Origin: an uncultured Lachnospiraceae bacterium
Lineage (GTDB): Bacteria; Bacillota; Clostridia; Lachnospirales; Lachnospiraceae
Direction: 5' to 3'
DNA length: 64,000 bases
Assembly: GCA_964487395.1 (NCBI GenBank)
Contig: CAZAQH010000002.1
Location: 864-64,863 of the forward strand
Part shown: piece by piece, positions 21,267 to 30,373 of the stretch
Layout: every line of letters starts with the position of its first letter
Position numbering within the stretch: the stretch's first letter is position 1
Program-made: the position numbers and the translations under genes
Notes under the pieces: generated by a model
What the model was told of the DNA's origin: nothing
Seen by the model: only the letters and a program-made list of their open reading frames with translations
Databases searched by the model: none

Positions 21267-21538
21267 TGTCCCCTCCGTTCACCTTACTTTTCTTTTGTTT
21301 GTTTGTTTTTCGCACTTTTTTGCGTATTTTACTTTGTGCACTATGCACAATTATTTTTATTTTCTTCTTTTTCTTTTGTGTGTATTAACCATATGTTTAC
21401 ATCTTGTTCATATTTTATTCACATTTCATTGTTATACTTTAAATATCGAAACGGAAAAAAATTTTTGATAAATTTTTTCATAATAGCCCAGGCGCTGCGA
21501 AGTGTCTGGGCACTCCTCATTTTATGGGCTAATTATTT

Positions 21539-22192
21539 CTAAAGTATATCCTCTTCACGTCCTGCAAGCTTCTGAATTTCTTCATTTAGTGAAAGCATTC
21601 TAGCATCTAAATCTGATACCATTCGTGCACACTCTACTAATTCAGTTTTAATATGTTCTGGAGCATTTCCCTCAAATTTATAATGAATTTTATGTTCCAA
21701 GCTTGCCCAAAAGTCCATCGCTACTGTTCGTATTTGAATCTCAACTTTTGCACTTGCTGTTCGATCTGACAAAAAAATAGGAACTGAAACCAGCATATGA
21801 TAACTTTTGTATCCACTTGGCTTTGGGTTCTTAATATAGTCCTTAATGGATATAATCTTAATATCGCTCTGGTTGCTAATCATTTCTGCTATTCTGTAGA
21901 TATCAGAAGTAAAAGAACAAATAACACGAATACCCGCAATATCGTTCACATATTTGACCATATTTTCAATGGTAGACTCATAACCGTTCTTTTTTAATTT
22001 TTTGACAATACTCTCTGATGTTTTGATACGTGATTTAATATGTTCAATCGGATTGTATCTATGTACATGTTGAAATTCGTCATTGAGTATCTCCAGCTTT
22101 GTCCCTATTTCCTTTAAAGCTGAATTATAAATTAAAATTACTTCTTTCCAACTGTCCACTTGATTATTTCCAGTATATTCTGTACTATCCAT
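21539..22192 (-). CDS. relQ: small alarmone synthetase (GTP pyrophosphokinase, RelQ/YjbM type)
   Basis: 217 aa with RelA_SpoT synthetase blocks GIRVICSF, SGYKSYHM and EIQIRTVAMDFWASLEH. Confidence 0.85.
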   Translation of the reverse strand: MDSTEYTGNNQVDSWKEVILIYNSALKEIGTKLEILNDEFQHVHRYNPIEHIKSRIKTSESIVKKLKKNGYESTIENMVKYVNDIAGIRVICSFTSDIYRIAEMISNQSDIKIISIKDYIKNPKPSGYKSYHMLVSVPIFLSDRTASAKVEIQIRTVAMDFWASLEHKIHYKFEGNAPEHIKTELVECARMVSDLDARMLSLNEEIQKLAGREEDIL

Positions 22193-22401
22193 TTCTCATC
22201 CTGCCTTACTTAAAATATAATCATTATTACAGAGACAGTATACCATATTATTCTTGTTTTTTGTGCATTTTACGTTATTTTAATTTTTCCAATTATTTTT
22301 TCATCATTTTTATTTTGAAATGCTTGTTATACTTTTTTTGTCTGTTATAATATTAGCAAATCAAATCATAAAAAGCAGTATTAGCGGAGGCCATCTACAG
22401 C

Positions 22402-22665
22402 ATGAGAATCTGGGCAAAAGAATTTAAGGATAACCATCTTTTAAAAGATACAGTTATTGAAAATAATAAACAGGACACTCGAACGCATAAAGTTTTTCAG
22501 GCACTTGAGGATACATGCCGGGAATTTGATTTGTGCAAACCACTTTGGTTGGATAAGAACATTTCCGAATTTCAAAATCATGCCAAAACACGATTTCATC
22601 AGGATAATTTCATAGAACCGATTCCATTTGATTATTTGGAATTTCATGTTATAGAAGAGGATTAA
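22402..22665 (+). CDS. hypothetical protein (87 aa)
   Basis: Clean ORF with a GCGGAGG RBS region and a TGTTATAAT extended -10 about 50 nt upstream. No family recognised. Confidence 0.45.
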   Translation: MRIWAKEFKDNHLLKDTVIENNKQDTRTHKVFQALEDTCREFDLCKPLWLDKNISEFQNHAKTRFHQDNFIEPIPFDYLEFHVIEED

Positions 22666-22695
22666 TTCTTCTTCTATTTTTTTGTTTAAAATTTA

Positions 22696-22724
22696 TTGAC
22701 ACTGGAAATAATGTGTTGTAGTAT
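22696..22724 (+). promoter_or_regulatory. putative sigma-A promoter for the hemolysin-III family gene
   Basis: TTGACA (22696-22701), a 17-nt spacer, then TAGTAT (22719-22724). Confidence 0.5.
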
Positions 22725-22801
22725 TGCAATATGGTTTATGTAGTTATTATTACTACTTGTTGTGATTTGATAGGTTAAATATGTGAAATGAGGTGAATTA
22801 T

Positions 22802-23452
22802 ATGCAGATTACAATTAGAGAACCCGGAAGTGCCATTACACATTTTGTTGCCATGATGATGGCATTACTTGCTTCTGTACCTTTATTAGTGAAGGCGGAA
22901 CTGGCATCCGGACGATTATGTTTTTTTGCTATGTGCATTTTTATGTGTAGCATGGTGATGTTATATGGTGCCAGTGCAACTTATCATTCATTGACTGTTT
23001 CGGGTAAAGTTCTAAAGGTATTTCGAAAGCTTGATCATATGATGATTTTTGTATTGATAGCCGGTTCGTATACGCCTATCTGTCTTATTGTATTAGGTGG
23101 GAAAAGTGGATACGTTCTATTAGCAATTATTTGGTCAATAGCGATATTTGGAATGACCATCAAGGCTTTATGGATTACGTGTCCAAAGTGGTTTTCATCT
23201 ATTCTATATATTGCAATGGGCTGGGTATGTGTCGGTGTCTTTGGGCAGCTTGTATCTTCGCTTCCGGTCGCCGCCTTTATCTGGCTATTAGCCGGAGGTA
23301 TCATTTACACAATCGGTGGCATCATTTACGCCCTGAAGCTTCCCATCTTCAACAGTAAGCATCATGGCTTTGGCTCTCACGAAATTTTCCATTTATTTGT
23401 CATGGCCGGCAGTATCTGTCACTTCATCTTTATGTATTGTTATGTTGCCTAG
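22802..23452 (+). CDS. hemolysin III / PAQR family membrane protein
   Basis: Seven TM segments with the conserved His motifs (ASATYHS, LDHMMIF, SHEIFHLFV). Start set to the ATG at 22802, which follows a GAGGTGA RBS. Confidence 0.85.
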   Translation: MQITIREPGSAITHFVAMMMALLASVPLLVKAELASGRLCFFAMCIFMCSMVMLYGASATYHSLTVSGKVLKVFRKLDHMMIFVLIAGSYTPICLIVLGGKSGYVLLAIIWSIAIFGMTIKALWITCPKWFSSILYIAMGWVCVGVFGQLVSSLPVAAFIWLLAGGIIYTIGGIIYALKLPIFNSKHHGFGSHEIFHLFVMAGSICHFIFMYCYVA

Positions 23453-23463
23453 TGCCCCAGTGT

Positions 23464-23601
23464 CCCAGCGGGTTTTGTATTTGTACTTCGGGTACGCTCT
23501 CGCTTAATTTCACACGTAGCAGCACATAAGGCTGCATAGAACGCAGCCTAAGTGCTGACGTGTTCACAAAACCCTCAGTACAAATAGGAAAACCGCTGGG
23601 G
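23464..23601 (+). repeat. structured hairpin repeat, copy A (about 138 nt), 12 nt after the hlyIII-family stop
   Basis: The long imperfect palindrome CCCAGCGGGTTTTGTATTTGTAC...GTACAAATAGGAAAACCGCTGGGG encloses a conserved core. The reverse complement of this core aligns with copy B. Confidence 0.8.
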
Positions 23602-23701
23602 ATAACGAGAAAAAAACAAAGGATAGTGACTAAGAAAGATAGGCTGGGGATGAGAGAAAGAAAGAAAAAGAAAAAACAATGTTTTTCAAATATTTTTCCA
23701 C

Positions 23702-23735
23702 AAAAAAAGAATCAGTTGCACTGATTCTTTTTTTG
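23702..23735. terminator. bidirectional intrinsic terminator between the convergent hlyIII-family and galE genes
   Basis: A7, AAGAATCAG, the loop TTGCA, CTGATTCTT, then T7. Confidence 0.8.
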
Positions 23736-23771
23736 TCTATATGAGGCTTTCTTTTAGTGTGTGAGGGGCTG

Positions 23772-23895
23772 GGGTGCTGTAATGGTACTGAGGGTTGTAT
23801 GAATGCGTCAGTACTTAGACTGCGTCTTTTGCAGTCTTATGTACTGCTACGCATGAATCCAAGCGAAAGCGTACCCGAATACCATTACAGCACCC
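23772..23895 (-). repeat. structured hairpin repeat, copy B (about 124 nt), inverted relative to A, 13 nt after the galE stop
   Basis: A perfect 16-bp outer stem (GGGTGCTGTAATGGTA / TACCATTACAGCACCC) encloses the same core as copy A, with compensated substitutions. Confidence 0.8.
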
Positions 23896-23907
23896 ACCCC
23901 CGCCCGA

Positions 23908-24921
23908 CTAGTTAAAGCCGTTAGGGTTGTTTTTCTGCCAGCGCCAGGAATCTTCACACATTTCTTTGATTCCATATTTTGCTTCCCAGCCAAGTTCGCG
24001 TTTGGCTTTGGAGGCATCGGAATAGCAGGTGGCGATGTCACCCGCACGTCTTTCCTTAATTACATAAGGAATCTTAACACCAGTTGCTTCTTCAAAGTTT
24101 TTCACAATATCAAGAACACTGTAGCCGTGGCCGGTTCCTAAGTTGTATATACTGAGTCCTGTTTTTTCTTCCAGCTTTTTAACAGCCTTTACATGTCCTG
24201 CTGCCAAATCGACTACATGAATATAATCGCGTACTCCGGTTCCATCCGGTGTGTCATAGTCATTGCCAAATACGCCAAGTTCTTTTAACTTTCCTACTGC
24301 AACCTGTGTCACATAAGGCATAAGGTTATTCGGAATTCCGTTTGGATTTTCGCCAATGGTGCCACTCTTATGTGCTCCGATTGGATTAAAATAGCGAAGT
24401 AAAACAACATTCCACTCCGGGTCTGCTGTATGCAAATCCGTTAAAATCTGCTCTAACATGGATTTCGTCCAGCCATAAGGATTGGTACATGTTCCTTTTG
24501 GACATTCTTCTGTAATCGGAATCATAGCCGGATCGCCATAAACGGTTGCAGAAGAAGAAAAAATAATGCTTTTACAGTTGTAGTTTCTCATTACTTCTAA
24601 TAAATTCAAAGTCCCCGAAATATTATTTTCATAATATTCCAACGGTTTTTTCACAGATTCACCTACTGCTTTTAAGCCGGCAAAATGAATACATCCGTCT
24701 ATTTTTTCATTGGTAAAAATCTCTTCCAATGCTTTTTTATCTCGAATATCGGCTTCGTAAAATGGAACTTTTTTTCCTGTAATCTTTTCGACTCTTATCA
24801 GCGCTTCTTTGCTTGAATTACATAAGTTGTCCATTACTACTACATCATAACCAGCATTCTGCAATTCAATTACAGTATGTGTTCCGATAAATCCTGCTCC
24901 GCCTGTTACTAAAATAGCCAT
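23908..24921 (-). CDS. galE: UDP-glucose 4-epimerase
   Basis: 337 aa with VTGGAGFIG and the YxxxK motif (PYGWTKSM); colinear with GalE throughout. Confidence 0.92.
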   Translation of the reverse strand: MAILVTGGAGFIGTHTVIELQNAGYDVVVMDNLCNSSKEALIRVEKITGKKVPFYEADIRDKKALEEIFTNEKIDGCIHFAGLKAVGESVKKPLEYYENNISGTLNLLEVMRNYNCKSIIFSSSATVYGDPAMIPITEECPKGTCTNPYGWTKSMLEQILTDLHTADPEWNVVLLRYFNPIGAHKSGTIGENPNGIPNNLMPYVTQVAVGKLKELGVFGNDYDTPDGTGVRDYIHVVDLAAGHVKAVKKLEEKTGLSIYNLGTGHGYSVLDIVKNFEEATGVKIPYVIKERRAGDIATCYSDASKAKRELGWEAKYGIKEMCEDSWRWQKNNPNGFN

Positions 24922-24933
24922 GTTTTCACCTTC

Positions 24934-25848
24934 TTACCAAAGTTTCTCCGGATATTCTCCAGCATCTTTTAATTTTTGTATGGATTCTACTACATAAGGC
25001 TTATCTTCTTTATAAGTAACTCCAAACCATTGGTCTGTAGAGGTTAATACCTTAACCGTTGCTTTTTTGCTTTTTAATAAAACATCAACCTCAGTTGGAA
25101 TCAGACATTCTGCCTTCATAGGGTTCAATGCTACTTTTTTGTCAAAGAATAAATCCAGTGCTTTTCCAAATTCAGAAATAATGCTTTTTCCAAATCCCCA
25201 CATATTCATGGAAACTGGTGAAGTAACCTCGATTGGGTGGAATGTCTCTCCATCATCTTCGGAATAAGCTGCTCCATTTTCTGTTTTCACAAGCATCTTC
25301 TGTTCTACGATATCCTGTAAAAATCCATTGTCATCTGTTTTGCAGCAACCCCTTGTAACAGAGCCTTTTTCAGTCAATGTTTTGCCCAGTTCATAAGAGA
25401 CCATTGCATAATTACCAGTATCTTCTTTCTGGGAAGATAAGAACTGATACATTAACTGATATCCGCTTTTTCCATAATAATCATCAGAATTGATAACCAT
25501 AAATGGACCATCAATCACATCTTTACAGCAATACAGCGCATGTGTGGTTCCCCATGGCTTTACTCTGCCTTCCGGAATCGTAAAGGTTTCCGGAACATTT
25601 GAAAGTTCCTGAAAAACATATTCTACTTCCATATGCTTACTGATTGGATTGCCGACACATTCTCTGAAATCCTGTTCCATTTCTTTTTTTATAATAAAAA
25701 TTACTTTTTCAAATCCTGCCTGTTTTGCATCATAGATAGAAAAATCTATAATCTTATGACCCTGATTGTCCACTGGGTCCATCTGTTTAAGTCCACCGTA
25801 GCGGCTTCCCATTCCTGCTGCCAAAATAACCAAAACTGGTTTTGCCAT
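24934..25848 (-). CDS. sugar-phosphate nucleotidyltransferase (specificity unknown)
   Basis: 304 aa with an N-terminal LAAGMGSRYGG nucleotide-binding loop. It lies 12 nt upstream of galE, suggesting a sugar-nucleotide operon. Confidence 0.7.
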   Translation of the reverse strand: MAKPVLVILAAGMGSRYGGLKQMDPVDNQGHKIIDFSIYDAKQAGFEKVIFIIKKEMEQDFRECVGNPISKHMEVEYVFQELSNVPETFTIPEGRVKPWGTTHALYCCKDVIDGPFMVINSDDYYGKSGYQLMYQFLSSQKEDTGNYAMVSYELGKTLTEKGSVTRGCCKTDDNGFLQDIVEQKMLVKTENGAAYSEDDGETFHPIEVTSPVSMNMWGFGKSIISEFGKALDLFFDKKVALNPMKAECLIPTEVDVLLKSKKATVKVLTSTDQWFGVTYKEDKPYVVESIQKLKDAGEYPEKLW

Positions 25849-25996
25849 TTATACTCCTCCTGTTTTCCACAAATTACATGTATCCCAAGCTAGTCAGATG
25901 TATTATACCCTTTTTTGGCAAGAATGAAAAGTCTTAACATTTTCTTCGCAACTTTTCGTCATTTTTGTTGTGCCTTACGTTCTTTTATTTTTTCAT

Positions 25997-26389
25997 TCAT
26001 AGTAGTGGCAGTTTTTTATCTGCATTGAATACACTAAGCCATACTAATACATAAACGCCACAAATCAGTAAAAAGAAAAAGCATCCTTGAATCAATGTAT
26101 GATAAAGGCCTAATATATAAGCCATGATTAGAATTTCTGTTGATAATATCAAAAAATGCACCAAGAGACGAATTCTCATTTTTTTCTCACTCAATTCCTC
26201 TTTTGCGTAAAAAACAAGAACAGGCACAGCAGCCAAAAAACTAAATAACAACATCTGAGCAAAATAATCTAGCGTAAATACGGAATCCGGATCAAATATA
26301 ATGCAATAAATTAAAGTACCCATCATACTTCCCATATAGATAACAGGAAGCTGTTGAAAAATCTTTTTTACAATTTCTTTTAAACTCAT
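25997..26389 (-). CDS. DUF3021-like four-TM membrane protein (partner of the LytTR regulator)
   Basis: 130 aa with four hydrophobic helices. It starts 11 nt after the LytTR reading frame ends. Confidence 0.65.
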   Translation of the reverse strand: MSLKEIVKKIFQQLPVIYMGSMMGTLIYCIIFDPDSVFTLDYFAQMLLFSFLAAVPVLVFYAKEELSEKKMRIRLLVHFLILSTEILIMAYILGLYHTLIQGCFFFLLICGVYVLVWLSVFNADKKLPLL

Positions 26390-26400
26390 ATCTTTTTCCT

Positions 26401-26837
26401 CTACACTCCCAATATTTTCTTTAATTCCGGTACAAATTGTCTTGAAACCATTACTTTTTCACCATTTTCTAAAGTGGCTTCAAATCTTCCACTGATAGCA
26501 GGTCTAATATAATCAATTCGATCCGCATTCAAGACAACTGATTTAGATGCCCTGAAAAAATGAGTTCCTCTTGTCACATTTTCAAATTCATATAATTTCA
26601 GTTTGGTTTCGTATACTTGATTGTTGCAATAGAAAAATGACTTATTGTCTACCGTTTCAAAGTAAAAAATATCGCCAAGTTCTAATTTATGTAATTTTTT
26701 CCATCCATTCCAGTAATGGTATTCTGTGGATTTTTCATTTTGTGAACGATCTGCAAAATTTCATCCGTAACCATCCGACAACGAATCACTATCTCGTCCA
26801 TCGTTAATTCGTCTGTTTCCTGTATTGAAATCTTCAT
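26401..26837 (-). pseudogene. LytTR-family DNA-binding regulator with a 1-nt frameshift
   Basis: The minus strand reads MKISIQETDELTMDEIVIRCRMVTDEILQIVHKMKNPQNTITGMDGK, and the frame breaks in an A6 run (plus-strand T6 at 26695-26700). The next frame continues KLHKLELGDIFYFETVDNKSFFYCNNQVYETKLKLYEFENVTRGTHFFRASKSVVLNADRIDYIRPAISGRFEATLENGEKVMVSRQFVPELKKILGV. Total length is 437 nt, one short of a multiple of three. Confidence 0.8.
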
Positions 26838-26895
26838 GTTTGTGCCTCTTGAATCTTTTTTCCTTTATTCTTTTATAATATCACAGAAATTTAAT

Positions 26896-26924
26896 TTGAC
26901 AAATTTCTTCCTATTCTTTATATT
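26896..26924 (+). promoter_or_regulatory. putative sigma-A promoter for degV
   Basis: TTGACA (26896-26901), a 17-nt spacer, then TATATT (26919-26924). Confidence 0.55.
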
Positions 26925-26966
26925 CGCATTGTATACAATAAACACTAAAAAAGAAAAGGAAAACAT

Positions 26967-27821
26967 ATGAGTATTCGAATTATTATTGATTCTGCATCTG
27001 ATATTACAAAAGAAAAAGCACTTGCACTGGGACTTTATTTCATGCCTTTAAAAACAATATTTGGCAACGAAGAATATTTAGACGGTATCACCATGAGTCA
27101 TCAACAGTTTTATGAACGACTGATTGAAACTGAAGAAATACCAACTACCAGTCAAATACCTCCATATGAATACGAAAAAGTCTTCTCATCCATCGTAGAA
27201 AACGGGGATACTGCTATCTGCATTACATTGTCTTCTAAACTCTCAGGAAGCTATCAAAGTGCCAATATAGCAGTGGCTGATTACGAGGATAAAATTCATA
27301 TTGTAGACAGTGAGAATGTATGTATTGGAGAACAGATCCTTATCTTATACGCATTGAAACTGCGGGAAGAAGGTAAATCTGTAGAAGAAATCATTGATTC
27401 ATTGAATAAGCGAAAAAAAGATATACGTCTGATTGCACTTTTAGATACACTTGAATATTTGAAAAAAGGTGGGAGAATTTCTCCAACTGCTGCTTTTGCT
27501 GGCTCTCTTTTATCAATTAAACCGGTCATTGCAATTGAAAATGGAGAAGTTGCCATTTTAGGAAAAGCCAGAGGCTCTAAAAATGGAAATAATATGCTAA
27601 TGGAACTAACCGGCAAAAATGGAGGCATTGATTTTTCTATGCCTTTTACTCTTGGCTATACAGGGCTCTCTGATTCCCTGCTGTTAAAATATATCGCAGA
27701 CAGTGAAGTATTATATAAAGGGAAAGTGGATAAACTTCCTATCAGTACAATTGGAAGCACCATCGGAACGCATGCCGGACCGGGTGCAATTGCACTTGCT
27801 TTTTTTCCACAACATAAATAA
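26967..27821 (+). CDS. DegV family fatty-acid-binding protein
   Basis: 284 aa. Begins IIIDSASDI, and DegV-typical blocks (TSQIPP, SSKLSGSYQSA, GTHAGPGA) run throughout. Confidence 0.88.
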   Translation: MSIRIIIDSASDITKEKALALGLYFMPLKTIFGNEEYLDGITMSHQQFYERLIETEEIPTTSQIPPYEYEKVFSSIVENGDTAICITLSSKLSGSYQSANIAVADYEDKIHIVDSENVCIGEQILILYALKLREEGKSVEEIIDSLNKRKKDIRLIALLDTLEYLKKGGRISPTAAFAGSLLSIKPVIAIENGEVAILGKARGSKNGNNMLMELTGKNGGIDFSMPFTLGYTGLSDSLLLKYIADSEVLYKGKVDKLPISTIGSTIGTHAGPGAIALAFFPQHK

Positions 27822-27901
27822 TACTTTTACCATTTTTCTATTATACTTATTGTCTTTTTGTGTTATCATATTCATAGTGAAATGCTAGGAAAGGATTTGT
27901 T

Positions 27902-30130
27902 ATGAAAAAAGAATACCACGTTACCGGTATGACATGTGCATCATGCAGTGCCAGAATTGAAAAGGTTGTCGGAAAAATGAATGGCGTCAATCAGGCATCC
28001 GTAAATCTAGCAACCGAACGAATGACCGTTGACTTTCAAGATATTACTTCGGATGATATTATGGCTCGTGTGGATAAGCTTGGTTATCACGCCGACGAAA
28101 TAATAGAAGAAAAAAAAGATGCTGATAAAGATACTTTCGAAAAAGAAAAAGCAATCCGCATATTATGGATTAAATTTATCATATGTGCCTGCTTTTCTAT
28201 TCCGCTTTTTTATATTGCAATGGGACCTATGATTGGGCTTCCCGTTCCGGCTTTTCTTTCTCCCGATAAACAGCCATTTGCCTATGGACTCATTCAGTTA
28301 TGCTTGACCGTTCCTGTTATGTTAACCGGATATCGTTTTTATACCGTTGGATTTAAAGCAATTTTTATGCGCAGTCCTAATATGGACAGTCTGGTTGCCA
28401 TGGGAACCACGTCTGCATTTTTGTATAGTTTTTATTCTCTTATTCAAATTAAAAACGGGCATATACACAGTGTTCATGGACTTTATTTTGAATCTGTTGG
28501 CATTATTATTACTTTGATTCTGCTTGGTAAGACATTAGAATCTGTTTCAAAAGGCAAAACTTCCCAGGCAATAAAAAAATTAATGGGACTTGCACCCAAA
28601 ACCGCCATTGTAAGAAAAGACGGTAAAGATATTGAAATCCCCATTAAAGACGTCTTGATCGGCGATATTTTGCTTGTAAAACCAGGAAGTAAAATTCCGG
28701 TAGACGGTATTGTAACAGATGGTACAACAACTATTGATGAATCTATGCTGACCGGCGAAAGTATTCCTGTCACCAAGGAAACAGGTGATTCAGTATTTGC
28801 AGCAACCATAAACGGAAATGGTTCTATTTGCATGGAGGCAACTAAAATTGGAAGTGAAACTGTTATCTCACAGATTATTCGTCTGGTTGAAGATGCTCAG
28901 GGACGCAAAGCACCAATTGCAAAAATTGCAGATACTGTCTCTGGATATTTTGTTCCCATTGTGTTTGTTATTGCTTTTATAGCCGCCCTTTTATGGTTTA
29001 TTAGTGGTGAAAGCTTCGCATTTGCCCTGACAATTTTTGTTTCTGTTCTTGTTATTGCCTGTCCATGTGCACTGGGTCTTGCTACTCCAACCGCTATTAT
29101 GGTAGCAACCGGAAAAGGTGCCGAAAACGGAATTTTAATTAAAAGTGGTGAAGCCTTGGAAACTGCACATAAAATTAATGCAATTGTTTTGGATAAAACA
29201 GGAACTATCACAATCGGAAAACCACAGGTAACCGACATTCTCTCCTGTGATGGCATCGAAAAGAATTATTTCCTGCAAATTGCTGCTTCACTTGAATATG
29301 TATCAGAACATCCTTTGGCAGAATCAATTGTTGCGTATGCCGATACGCAAGGAATAAAACGATTGGAATCTTCAGAATTTTACTCTGTTTCCGGACGTGG
29401 TATTCAGGCTGTCGTAGATGGGCACGTATGTCTTGCCGGTAATGAAAAATATATGGAAGAATCTGATATTGATATATCCGGCTTACAGTCTCAAGCCCAA
29501 AATTTTGCCCTGGAAGGAAAAACACCGATGTTTTTTGCTATGGGCAAAAAACCTGTTGGTATTATCGCTGTCGCCGATACGTTAAAAGAAGACAGTAAGG
29601 AAGCTGTCGCAAAATTACGGGAAATGGGAATTGAAGTTATTATGATAACCGGTGATCACAAACAAACTTCAGAGGCAATTGCGAAAATGGCAGGAATTGA
29701 CCATGTTATCTCAGAAGTACTTCCTCAAGACAAAGCTTCCGAAGTATCCAAGCTTCAAAAAGAAGGAAATGTTGTGGCTATGGTTGGAGACGGCATTAAT
29801 GATGCTCCTGCTCTTGCACAGGCAGACATTGGTATTGCAATTGGTTCCGGCACGGATGTTGCAATAGAATCTGCTGATATTGTACTGATTCACTCTGGCT
29901 TAACGGACGTAGTAACAGCAATCAAACTATCCAAAAAAACCATTAAAAACATAAAAGAAAATCTCTTTTGGGCATTTGGATACAACACTGCCGGCATTCC
30001 TATTGCTGCAGGATTGCTTCACCTATTTGGAGGACCGCTTTTAAATCCCATGATTGCAGCCGCTGCCATGTCTCTTTCATCTGTTTCCGTTTTATCAAAT
30101 GCGTTACGCCTAAAACGCTTTAAAGCATAA
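27902..30130 (+). CDS. copA: copper-translocating P1B-type ATPase
   Basis: 742 aa with an N-terminal HMA domain (GMTCASCSARIEKVV), a CPC motif in the TM region (ACPCALGLATP), DKTGT and GDGINDAP. Confidence 0.92.
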   Translation: MKKEYHVTGMTCASCSARIEKVVGKMNGVNQASVNLATERMTVDFQDITSDDIMARVDKLGYHADEIIEEKKDADKDTFEKEKAIRILWIKFIICACFSIPLFYIAMGPMIGLPVPAFLSPDKQPFAYGLIQLCLTVPVMLTGYRFYTVGFKAIFMRSPNMDSLVAMGTTSAFLYSFYSLIQIKNGHIHSVHGLYFESVGIIITLILLGKTLESVSKGKTSQAIKKLMGLAPKTAIVRKDGKDIEIPIKDVLIGDILLVKPGSKIPVDGIVTDGTTTIDESMLTGESIPVTKETGDSVFAATINGNGSICMEATKIGSETVISQIIRLVEDAQGRKAPIAKIADTVSGYFVPIVFVIAFIAALLWFISGESFAFALTIFVSVLVIACPCALGLATPTAIMVATGKGAENGILIKSGEALETAHKINAIVLDKTGTITIGKPQVTDILSCDGIEKNYFLQIAASLEYVSEHPLAESIVAYADTQGIKRLESSEFYSVSGRGIQAVVDGHVCLAGNEKYMEESDIDISGLQSQAQNFALEGKTPMFFAMGKKPVGIIAVADTLKEDSKEAVAKLREMGIEVIMITGDHKQTSEAIAKMAGIDHVISEVLPQDKASEVSKLQKEGNVVAMVGDGINDAPALAQADIGIAIGSGTDVAIESADIVLIHSGLTDVVTAIKLSKKTIKNIKENLFWAFGYNTAGIPIAAGLLHLFGGPLLNPMIAAAAMSLSSVSVLSNALRLKRFKA

Positions 30131-30157
30131 AAATATAATACAAGGAGGATTTGAATT

Positions 30158-30358
30158 ATGAACCATATTTTTAATGTACCATCCATGTCTTGTCAACACT
30201 GCGTAAAATCTATTGATGCTGCACTTAATGCTGTTACGGGTGTTAAGAGTGTTGACATTAACCTCGATACAAAAAAAGTTACAGTTGAAGCAGATGATTC
30301 CATCAATGAAAAAACTCTAATTGCAGCAATTGAAGATGAGGGATTTGACGTGGAATAA
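30158..30358 (+). CDS. copZ: copper chaperone (HMA domain)
   Basis: 66 aa with the MSCQHC metal-binding loop, directly downstream of copA. Confidence 0.85.
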   Translation: MNHIFNVPSMSCQHCVKSIDAALNAVTGVKSVDINLDTKKVTVEADDSINEKTLIAAIEDEGFDVE

Positions 30359-30373
30359 TGAATATCTACATGC

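Noticed and set aside
21539-22192. The small alarmone synthetase as a toxSAS toxin-antitoxin module.
   Set aside because: The sequence looks like housekeeping RelQ/YjbM (217 aa, canonical synthetase blocks). No small overlapping or adjacent co-directional antitoxin-like ORF is present. The nearest genes are 270 nt downstream or divergent.
23464-23895. The hairpin repeats as retron msr/msd, CRISPR repeats, attC sites or intrinsic terminators.
   Set aside because: No reverse transcriptase, cas or integrase gene is in the window. There are only two copies, in inverted orientation, without regular spacers. attC sites conserve their outer arms, not the core. Neither copy is followed by a U-tract; the real terminator lies between them.
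23847-24047. A 66-aa minus-strand ORF overlapping repeat B and the 3-prime end of galE.
   Set aside because: It overlaps the well-supported galE frame and the structured repeat, and has no RBS. It is most likely spurious.
27822-27901. A CopY (TACAnnTGTA) or CsoR-type operator upstream of copA.
   Set aside because: No such palindrome is visible in the 80-nt leader, and no copY or csoR gene is adjacent. Regulation presumably comes from elsewhere.
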